Notes under the pieces: model-generated
The model's database searches: none
The model's input: only the letters and a program-made list of their open reading frames with translations
What the model was told of the DNA's origin: nothing
DNA from: Paragordius varius
Lineage: Eukaryota; Animalia; Nematomorpha
Reading direction: 5' to 3'
Assembly: GCA_964247055.1 (NCBI GenBank)
Contig: OZ176058.1
Location: 434,001-498,000 of the forward strand
DNA length: 64,000 nt
In this document: piece by piece, positions 54,064-64,000 of the stretch
Layout: each line of letters begins with the position of its first letter
Numbering within the stretch: position 1 is the first letter of the stretch
Position numbers and translations under genes: made by a program

Positions 54064-54385
54064 TACCATTTACAGTTCAAATTTACCCTTAAACAATTCA
54101 AATTCACCCTCGAACAATTCAAATTTACCCTCGAACAATTCAAATTCACCCTCAAAAAAATATATGTTTTTTAAGATTTAAAATTACCTATATTTTAATA
54201 TATTTTAAAAAAATAAAATTTTGTTTTAAATTAAAATAATACTGAAAAAAATAATAAATTATGCCCTAAAGATATATTTTATATTAATAATGAGTTATTA
54301 ATTCGAAAACACATAATTTATTTTTGCGTGAATTAGAATTATTTAAGGGTGAATTTGAATTGTTCAAGGGTGAATTTGAACTGTA
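54064..54385. mobile_element. MITE family B copy inserted in (TA)n
   Basis: TACCATTTACAGTTCAAAT left end; GGGTGAATTTGAACTGTA right end; TA runs on both sides. Confidence 0.85.
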
Positions 54386-55127
54386 TAAACTATATATATA
54401 AAATATATATATATATATATATATATTAAGTAAATGACAAAAACGGTATAATTTTTTTAATTTAGTTTAATTTTATTTATTTTTGATTAATTATAAAAAT
54501 ATAACCGTAAATTAGGGAAATTTATTAAAAAAATTAACAATTTATTTTTTAAAAAATCATTTATAGCATTTTTGCCATTTACTTTAACTTTGTGAAAAGA
54601 TATCATCACCGATATATTTGATTTGCAACGCTTGAAATTTTGATTTAATAAACATATTAAATTATAAATTTAAACATTTTTTGATAATCACTAGAATTTT
54701 AATTGACAAAAATAATTTTTATATAAATCTTCAGAGATTAAAATGCCATCTAATTAATGGTAATATTTTCAATTATAAGTAAAATAATTAGTTTCATACA
54801 TACGGATTATACTGAAAACAAGAAAGAAATAAAAACAAAATTGGTATTATTAATATTTTTTAACAAATCAATCAAACTAGGATATTACAAATATATTTGG
54901 GTAAAATACTCATAAATATCAACGTTTAATGTGTTATTTTTTTAAAAATATATTTTTTACCTTGAATGAGTTAGTTAACATTTTACTAGATTTATAATAA
55001 AAATGAAATTATACGAACGAAATTTTTAAATTTAAACATATTTCTTAATTAAAACAACTATATTTTTTAACCTTAATATTTACTGTAATTCGAACAATTT
55101 TCAAAAAAAACACTTTTTTAAGATTCA

Positions 55128-55421
55128 CAGTAATAAATGAAATTATACGGACAAAACATAAAAATATAAAGACAAATATTTTTATCTTTCACAACCATAC
55201 TTTTTAAAACCTTAATTGCTTACATTTAAGCTCTTTATTAACAATTGTTAAATGTAGAATTGATTGTGTTATATATATATATATATATATATCAAATTCA
55301 CATTTTACAATTAAGAATAATAAGCTTATATGAAAAAAATGATTTAAAAAGTATGGTTGGTTGTTTTTTAGATAAAAAATTTTGTTTTTACTTTTTGTCC
55401 GTATAATATCAATTTTTACTG
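55128..55421. mobile_element. MITE family A copy
   Basis: CAGTAATAAATGAAATTATACGGAC...GTCCGTATAATATCAATTTTTACTG|TA. Confidence 0.8.
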
Positions 55422-55827
55422 TATCTAATTAAAGTTTTGAAAAATATAATTGTTAGATTATTTCAAAAAATTGGTTATCAAAAAATAATTCATTGCCAAA
55501 TTTTAACTTAAATTATCTGTTTTATATTTAAATAAGTTGTTTAAAATAACTACAGTTTTTACTTTTTTTTAACCTTAATTTTACTGTAAAAATAAAACTT
55601 TATTATTTTAATACTGTATATGCATTTTAATGGTTGCTTATTTCGCACTATTATAGGGGAATTTTTAATACAGTAGTGTATGGAAAAAATGATAAAATGC
55701 TGATTAAACAATTCTATTCTTTCTTTTTTTCCATACACTCCTGTTATATTGCAAATTGCCTAACTGTGAAATAAAGAATGCCCTTAATATATATTTAACA
55801 AGAAAACTAGGATATTAATAAAAAATA

Positions 55828-56108
55828 CAGTAAAAACTGAAATTATACGGACAAAACGTTAAAATATAAAGAAATATTTTTTTCAAAAAATAACCATACT
55901 TTGTAAATTAAAATTTTTCTCATATAATTGTTTTATTTATAATTATAAAGTAGCTAATTAATTGTGCTAATATAAATTATTTTATACTTTGTTGTTTAAA
56001 ACAATAAGTTATATTAAATAAAATTAAGATTTAAAAGTATGGTTGTCTTGAAAAAAAATATTTTGTCTATATATTATTACGTTTTGTCCGTATAATATCA
56101 GTTTTCTG
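55828..56108. mobile_element. MITE family A copy
   Basis: TA|CAGTAAAAACTGAAATTATACGGAC...GTCCGTATAATATCAGTTTTCTG|TA. Confidence 0.85.
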
Positions 56109-56399
56109 TATTTAACCTTATTATTTATACTGTAAAAATTTAAAACAGCAAAACCTTTTTGTTTTAATACTGTAAGCATTTTAATGGTTGCTTATTTCAC
56201 ACTATTATAGGGGAATTTCTAATACAGAGGTGTATGGAAAAAACGATAAAATGTTGAATAAACAATTGTATCCTTTCTTTTTTTCCATACACTACTGTTA
56301 TGTGTTGCAAATCGCCCTGCTGTGAAATAAAGAACTGCCATTAAAATGTATAAAATAAAAAAACTATTTTGACAAAATTAATACTAAATAAATACACAA

Positions 56400-56928
56400 T
56401 TTTAATTTAGAATTCACTCTTAAACAATTCAAATTCACCCTTAAACAATTTAACTTCACCCTTAAACAATTCAATTCACCCTTAAACCATTCAAATTCAC
56501 CCTTAAATAATTTAGTTGAACAATTCAAATTCACCCCGGAACAATTCAAATTCCCCCTCGAACAATATAACTTCACCCTTAAACAATTCAAATTCACCCT
56601 TGAACAATTCGATTCGCCATTAACAATTCAAATTCACCCTTGAACAATTCAATTCCCCCTCGAACAATATAACTTCACCCTTAAACAATTCAAATTCACC
56701 CTCAAATAAATTATATGTTATTTAAGATTAAAAATTACCTATTTTTTATATTTTAAAAAACAAAATTCTGTTTAAAATTAACATAAAACTAAAAAATAAT
56801 AAACTATGCCACAAAGATATATTTTATATTAATAATGAATTATTTTAGTTCGCACAAAATTGTTTTTTTAGGGTGTATTTTAATTGTTTCAGGGTAAATT
56901 TGAATTATTCAAATTTGAATTAATGGTA
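56400..56928. repeat. MITE family B copy with expanded 21-bp minisatellite arm (about 14 units)
   Basis: (AAACAATTCAAATTCACCCTT)n over about 56405-56705, then the family core and a short right arm. Confidence 0.85.
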
Positions 56929-57904
56929 TATATATTTGAAGTTAATTTAAATTAAAATTAAACCAAATTTAATCTTTTTCTAAATTTTCAGACTATAAAA
57001 AAGGTAATATATAAAATATTAGGACGATAAATTTGTTTTTATTTAAAAATTAGTTCTTTCATTATTAGCCTTTTCAATTTAAACTTAATTATTATGAAAT
57101 CTATCAAATAATCCTTATTTTTCGCTAATAAAAAGGTTTCAATAAAAAATGATAACAAACAGGCAAAACGTAAAAATATAAAGACAGATATTTTTAAAGA
57201 CAACCATCTTTTTTTAAAATTTAAATTTTTCTCATATAATAAATTTATTTACAATTATACATTTTGTGTTACTAATATATATCTCATTAAAAAGTATGGT
57301 TGTCTTGAAGAAAAAAAATTTGTCTAAATATTTTTACGTCTTGTCCGTATAATTTTAAGTTTTAATGTAATACTAAGTATTTTTTTAGTTGTGAATGATT
57401 ATTTTAATTTAATTAATCATATTTACGAAAATTGATGTATTTTAAAAAAATTGGAAAATTAATCTTAAAAAAAATTTCGACAGTAATAGCCAAAAATTAA
57501 AATATTAAGATGACAAATTTGGTTTATGAAAAAAAATATTTTTTTCATTATTTGCCTTTAATTATATGTAATAAAATATTTTTGATATCTTTATCTTAAA
57601 ATCTAATTTTTCGCTAATAGAAAGGTTTCAATAAAATTATAATTATAGGGGCAAAATGTAAAAATATAAAGACAAATATTTTTACCTACAATCCCCCCCA
57701 TACTTTTTTGAATCCTAACTTTTCTATAAATAAGCTATTTATTCACAATTGTAAATTATAGAACTGATTATGTTAGTAATATATATCCAAATTCACACTG
57801 TGCAAATTAAATCAATGAGTTATAATGAAAAAAATCAAGGTTTATATGGAGAATATCTTTTATTTAAGAAATTTGGATTTGTTTTTACGTTTTGTCTATA
57901 TATA

Positions 57905-58188
57905 CAGTAAAAACTGAAATTAACGGACAAAACATAAAAATATAAAGACAAATATTTTTTTAAAAGAAAACCCCATTTTAAATTTACATTTATATCAATA
58001 TAACTCATTGCTTTAAATGACAAAGTGTGAAATAGAGATATATATATATATATTAAATATATTACTAATACAATCAATTCTATATTTAAATTTGTAACTA
58101 TTTAGTTATATTGAAATAAATCGAGTTTAAAAAAACTTGTCTTAATATTTTTACGTTTTGTCCGTTCATATAATTTAACTTTTTACTG
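57905..58188. mobile_element. MITE family A copy
   Basis: TA|CAGTAAAAACTGAAATTAACGGAC...GTCCG..TTTTTACTG|TA. Confidence 0.82.
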
Positions 58189-58423
58189 TAAAATATTGTT
58201 CGATTTTATAATTAAAACAAAACTTACCTTGACCATCTACTTTTAATTAAAAATATTTATTTTTTAATACTAAAAACAACATGATATATATATATATATA
58301 AATATATAGATGTATAAATGTTGTGAGACCTTAAAATAATAAATAAAATAAATGTTAATTTTTCAAGGTAAAAATACTTTTTTATGTTACGGAAATATTT
58401 AAAAATATAGAAAAATATTATAT

Positions 58424-58462
<39 letters not shown>

Positions 58463-60171
58463 GTATTATTATAAATACTAAATATTAAAAATATAGAAAA
58501 AATGAAATATATATATATATATATTATAAATACTAAAAGCATTTTTGAACTATATCCAAATTTATATATTAGCCAACTTTCTGTCATAACATATTTATAT
58601 AAAAAATGTTGTTTTTTAAAAATTATATAACAAGCTAAAATTTTGTTAAATATACCTGTATTATATGTAAATATAGTTTTTATATAATATTTTTAAAATT
58701 AAAGTTTTTAGAAATAAAAAATTAATCAATAATCATTTTTTTCATTTTAGCCAATTTTGTCAATATATATATATTATATATATATTATATCAAATAAAAA
58801 TTTTATATTTTCTAATTATTTATATTAAAAATTAATTAATTTTATATAAAAATTTAAATTATTTCAAAAATTGTGATTTTTCCATTAGCTAGCATAAATA
58901 ATGTTTTTTTTCAATAACTATAAAATTACCCCTGTTTATAAAAATTAATATTTATAATTAATAAAAATATTTAATACTTAAATTTTTTAGTTAAAAATTA
59001 TATCGAAAGATAAAATTTTTATGTTAGCCAACTTAAAATTATAGTTTTTTTAAAAAATAATAAAAAAACTTATTTTAAAGCGTGTTAAAATAAAATAATT
59101 TAAAATAATATTTATATTTAATAAAAATAAGCTTATATTTATAGTAATAATATATTTTTTTGTTTAAAATTATTAAATATATATAATTGAGTATAAAAAT
59201 ATAAAAATGTGTGTTTAATACTACATAAACTATAAAATAGGTTAAATTACCGTATATTATTTTTTATTGATTTTTATATAACCTTATTATATATCTCTAA
59301 CAAAAAAATATATTTTAAATATGTATTGATTTAACAAAAAAAAATATATTTTAAATATGTATTGATTTAACAAAAAAAATATATTTTAAAATACAAACAT
59401 ATTTATATATAAAAAAAATAATTTTAAAATAATTAATTAGCAATGTTAAATTTTTTAAAATAAAAATAAATATTAATTATGAATTTTTTTTTAATTAAAT
59501 TTTTTCTGAAAATTGATTTTCGTAAAACTTAAAACAATCTACATATATATATATATATATATATATAGTATTATTATTATTTAAAATACCTGTAATAATA
59601 TTATTTTTTGACAGTAGGGTATAATAAAAACCAACAAAAGATTAAATTAAAACACATATTTCAATGTTTTAATAATTTTGTTTATTTAATTATGGCCCCA
59701 CTTTGTTCCATACTATACGCTACTGTAAATATAGCCTTGATTTGTTTTTTATCATTATTTAAAACAGCTGAAATAACATAATAAATTAGTTATATTAATT
59801 AAACCCAAAATATTTATAAAATTATAATAATAACTTAAAAAACATGAAATTTTTCATAATTTTAATTGTAATAAGAATATTAATAAAATTAATAATCTAA
59901 AATGTAGGTTATAATTAAACATTAAAAAATATTGTATTTTTAAAATAAAAAAATTTAAAATATAATAATACAAAAAACTAAATATTTTTAGATATCAAAA
60001 AATAAATAAATTAAAAAAATTTATTTTTAAAACATAAAAATATATATTTCGCTTTTTGGCATGAATCATCAATAATATTTAACAAGAAATAGAAATAAGG
60101 CGAAGGTAAACAAATTATTATCAATATAAATAAATAAGAAAGATATATTGTTTAAAATTTTTTATTTAATA

Positions 60172-60337
60172 CAGTAGTGTATAGCATAAAACAATATTAG
60201 TCCATAAAAGTAAATGTATTTTTTTCAAAAGAGAAGATATTATGGATAAGTATATAATATATAAAACTGGGTTTGTTTTTTAAAAAACCTTTTTTATACA
60301 TTTATGGACTAATTATATTTTATACCATACGCTACTG
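60172..60337. mobile_element. MITE family D copy (~37-bp TIR); smaller relative at 59612-59725
   Basis: TA|CAGTAGTGTATAGCATAAAACAATATTAGTCCATAAA...TTTATGGACTAATTATATTTTATACCATACGCTACTG|TA. Confidence 0.8.
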
Positions 60338-60349
60338 TATATACAAATA

Positions 60350-60351
<2 letters not shown>

Positions 60352-60383
<32 letters not shown>

Positions 60384-60414
60384 AGGTGTAAAATAAATAT
60401 TATTGATAAAATAA

Positions 60415-60456
<42 letters not shown>
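60352..60456. repeat. (TA)n microsatellites; others at about 14869, 19466, 33070, 41256, 48677, 58425 and 61555
   Basis: Direct reading of the sequence. Confidence 0.9.
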
Positions 60457-60460
<4 letters not shown>

Positions 60461-60990
60461 TGGTTTTTGTGTTTTGTTTTTGCTATTTTATTGTGAAATC
60501 AATCATTTTTGTTTTTTTGTAATATTCGCCGCAAATTTATAATATTAATTGTGCAGGTAAAATATTTTTTTAGAATATATTTTAATTAAATATTTTAATA
60601 TTAATTGGAATTTTTGATATTATAATAATGTTTTTTTATTAATTGTATTTTAAATATAAATTGGAATCTTTTTGATATATTTTAAAATATAATTATAATT
60701 TTTTTAATATCAGAAATTATATTTTGATGTTTCGAAAATAAAATTTTTTTGATGTGAAATCCTAATTCCATAAAACATTAAATATGTTAAATTTCATTTC
60801 TGATAATTTATATTCTGATGCTTTTATAATTAGGAATGATTTAATATATAAAATTTTTATGTAAATGCAATACTTATTTTTAATTTGCAAAAACTACTAT
60901 TAATACATTATTAATTTATAATGGATAAAATTTGTATATAAATTGTAAAAAAGAGATTTTTTGAATTTTAGTTAACCGTAAACTATATTA

Positions 60991-61340
60991 CAGTAAATTA
61001 GAATTCGTTACATATATTATGAAATTTAATTAAAATTAAGCTTAAAAATTAATGTTATATGGATGAAACATGATATAAAGACAATATTTTTTTCTAAAAA
61101 ACAACCACATACTGTTTAAAACCTTTATTTTTCCAAATATAACTTATTGTTTTAAGCTATAATATGAGATAGATAGATATTTATTAGTAATACAATCATT
61201 TATATAATATGCAGCCTTAAACAATTAGATATATAAAAATAACTTATAATTTAAAAAGTATGGCTGGTTGTCTTTTAGAGAAAAATATTTGTCTGTATAT
61301 TTTTACCTTTTGTCCATCCGTATAATTTCATTTTTTACTG
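60991..61340. mobile_element. MITE family A copy
   Basis: TA|CAGTAAATTAGAATT...CCGTATAATTTCATTTTTTACTG|TA. Confidence 0.72.
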
Positions 61341-61550
61341 TAATATAACATTTTAGTTTTTGCCCATTTAAAATAAATTTAATCAAAAATGTTGTTCAAT
61401 ATCAATTTTATATAAATTTTTTCAATTATATTTTTGCAATTTATATAGAGTCTCGAACAGGCTACCTCTGATTTAAACATTATTTTAAACCGATTTTTTC
61501 CTTTTTCACTTAAAATTTTAAAAAAACATTTTAATTTTAACCTTAGGTAA

Positions 61551-61585
<35 letters not shown>

Positions 61586-61959
61586 GTTTTAATGAAAATA
61601 ATAAGTTAATCTTTATAAATTATTGCGACCACCTGTATAAGTAATATATGTCTTACAAAATATTGAGATTATGCGGGCAAAACGTGAAAATTATAAAAGA
61701 CAATTATTTTTTTAAAAGACAATAATTATTTTTATAACCATCTTGAAGTTTTTAAATAAATACTTTTTTTGAAAATATACGGTAAAAATTTAAAGACAAA
61801 TATTTTTATCTAAAAGATAACCATATTTTTTAAATCTTGATTTTTTAAATATAACTCATTGTTTCAAACAACAAAGTATAAAATAGAGATCTATATTAAT
61901 AACACAATTAATGTAATATTATATAATTGAAAATTAATGCGTTAGCTTAAAAAGATGTT

Positions 61960-62260
61960 GCACTTGGTCAAAAAAATGTTGCATTTGACTGCAAAAATGA
62001 CATAGAATTAACTCATTTTATCAAGCCCTTTTTCCAATTTTGAATAGTTTTAATATATAATCTTTAACAACATATTTATTTTGAATGTTTTGTGGACGAT
62101 TAAGTAAATAACTTGCCGTTTAAAAAGTTGTGTTTTTGGGTAAAATTTAATTTCAATGAATAACTTATGTTATCACAGTTCTTTAATATCTAGAGTCCAA
62201 AATTGGGAAGCATACTCAATTACAAACAGTTGATCTTAAAATCCTTTAAAATAAAATCTG
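61960..62260 (-). mobile_element. Possible decayed non-LTR retrotransposon (CR1/L2/Jockey-like) 3' fragment
   Basis: The minus strand gives RS...IEYASQFWTLDIK, resembling the LEYASxxW motif after the LINE RT domain; broken by stops and frameshifts. Confidence 0.35.
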
Positions 62261-62902
62261 TTGTTAAAATATTATCCTAAACTTTTTTAACTACATATGT
62301 GCTTAAAAGCCTAAGATTACATATTTTTGAAATCTCCTAGTAAAAAATTTATACGGACAAAATGTAAAAAGATAAAGACAAATTTTTTTCCAAAAGACAA
62401 CCATACTTATTTAAACCTTAATAATTTTAATGATAACTTATTGTTTTGATTTTTCAAAATTTAAAATAAGTATATATTGGTAACACAGTCAATTATACCT
62501 ATTTGTTGTTAAATGCCTTTAATAGAATAAATTAAGGTTTAAAAAAGTTCGGTCGTCTTTTGAAAAAAATTTGTCTTTAAATTTTAACATTTTGTCCGTA
62601 TACAGAAGGTAAAATGGCCATTGCGCCTTAAAATACCCCAAAAGATAAAGTAAATATTTTTCCGCAAATGGGAAATGAAACACTTTTACAAACTTATAAA
62701 AAATTGATTGTCTAATGCTACCTTTTTTTAAAAATAATTAAGGTAAGTTAATATATGTATTTCGAAACATTTCAGATCTATGAAATATTTTATATATAAT
62801 TTTCTTAAGTTTTTTTATTTTATACTATTTTAATTCCATAAAATATAAATATATATATATTTCAAAAAATTTTACAGGTAAAGAGCAATTAACAAGCAAA
62901 AA

Positions 62903-62977
62903 ATGACAATTTTGAAGTCTTGTTGCCTGTGTTTTTCCCTTCGACAGGGAAGCATGATATCTGGAATCATAACTTTG
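62903..62977 (+). CDS. First coding exon of a probable LAPTM/Mtp-like or DUF4728-type multi-pass membrane protein
   Basis: tttacag|...in-frame TAA...ATG: MTILKSCCLCFSLRQGSMISGIITL|gtaaag. The CCxCxxxRxG motif before a hydrophobic helix resembles LAPTM4 (CCLCCHVRTGTIxLG). A likely 5'UTR intron is 62743-62877 (AAG|gtaagt). Confidence 0.65.
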
Positions 62978-63032
62978 GTAAAGATTATGAAAAAATTTTA
63001 TAAAAATTAAATATTTTTATTTTCATTTTTTA

Positions 63033-63313
63033 CAGTAAAAATTGAAATTATGTAAATTATAAGGACAAACATATTTTTCTAAGTGATAACCATTTGTCTA
63101 ATCATTTTTAGATATAACTGATTATTTTAAAATGCAAAGTAGGATAATAGTAATATATATTGATAACACAATCAATTATATAATTTGCATGAATCAACTA
63201 ATAAAGTTATTAAAATAATCATGATATAAATAGTATGGGGTTGTTTTTTCGAAAAAAAACGTTTGTCTTTATAGTTTTACGTATTGTCCATATTATAATT
63301 TCAATTTTTACTG
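63033..63313. mobile_element. MITE family A copy (intronic); another begins at 63787 and runs off the window
   Basis: TA|CAGTAAAAATTGAAATTATG...ATTATAATTTCAATTTTTACTG|TA. Confidence 0.82.
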
Positions 63314-64000
63314 TAAGATATATTACGAATTTTTACTAGTTAAGTTGTAGAAATTTGAAAATATTTATTCAGAATTGTCTAAAAAACCAATTTAAATTTC
63401 ATTTAAAATTCAAAAATATATATACTTTTTAAAATTTTGAAAAGCAGTCTGTATTTTATAATAGGTTTTAAAAATTATTACCTATAACATAATTATTATA
63501 CAATAATTATAAAGTTATATATATATAATTTATATATTTATCTGAAAATGAAAAAATTTTTTTTTAAGTTTTGAAAAAAAAACGTATTTTTAGCTTTTTA
63601 TAGCTTTACACCTGTATAAATATTGGAAACATCTTTATAACCTTATTTTTGCACCTGTTGAGTTTTTCAATAAAAATTTTATTTCAAAAATCAATAATAT
63701 ATGGATAAAAAAATAATTTTTAATTAATATGTAAAAATATGGGTAGATTTAAGAATAAGTCTTAAATTTCAAGAAATTTCAAGATACAGTAAAATTTGAA
63801 GTTATACGGACACAATGTGAAATTATAAAGACAAACATTTTTTTCAAAAGACAACCTATACTTTTTAAACCTTAGTATATCCTATAAAAAACATTTAATT
63901 AAAATCGTAAAATATATAATTGATTGTGTTACCAATTACAATTCTATATTATATTTTGCAGTTTTAAACAACGATTTATATTAAAAAAATTCAAGATTGA

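Noticed and set aside
54594-54620. Minus-strand KYIGDDIF resembling a polymerase YxDD/GDD motif
   Set aside because: Isolated motif in a short frame with no other RT motifs.
56364-56597. ORFs MNLNCLRVKL... and similar at 33963-34157 and 34346-34576
   Set aside because: These are translations of the 21-bp (7-codon) MITE-B subrepeat.
6892-58077. Other short F/I/K/Y-rich ORFs in the track (e.g. 7683, 8457, 17689, 18497, 37918, 57835)
   Set aside because: They overlap MITE arms or AT-rich repeats, have compositional bias and no recognisable motifs. Only 42419-42679 is real, and only in its exon part.
1-64000. tRNA, rRNA, autonomous transposase or intact retroelement
   Set aside because: No long ORF or recognisable structured RNA found by eye.

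Overview
Extremely AT-rich (roughly 15-20% GC by eye) intron-containing animal genomic DNA; it is not prokaryotic, and the species cannot be identified from sequence alone. Three + strand genes are recognisable by manual translation, and the ORF track captures only one exon of them. (1) The 3' end of a DGAT1 (MBOAT acyltransferase) gene is present twice: terminal exon at 629-778 and 22009-22155, plus a damaged penultimate exon at 20865-20928, inside a diverged, partly scrambled ~21 kb tandem segmental duplication. (2) A complete 4-exon RPS10/eS10 gene (39766-45494, 151 aa) has its last two exons duplicated intact (49746-50516). (3) The first coding exon of a LAPTM/DUF4728-like membrane protein gene lies at 62903-62977. 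The rest is a nested mosaic of at least four non-autonomous MITE families, larger duplicated modules, minisatellites and (TA)n; no transposase, RNA gene or CRISPR was found. The most striking pattern is that exon edges are tandemly amplified in two unrelated genes. Truncated decoy exon copies, many keeping the splice acceptor, stack upstream of the real DGAT1 and RPS10 exons. The last ~15-20 DGAT1 codons plus stop and 3' flank form ~245-bp satellite arrays (~18 and ~8 units). Both duplicated 3' ends stay open with mostly synonymous changes. Counts and boundaries were read by eye; uncollapsed haplotypes or homopolymer errors cannot be excluded.
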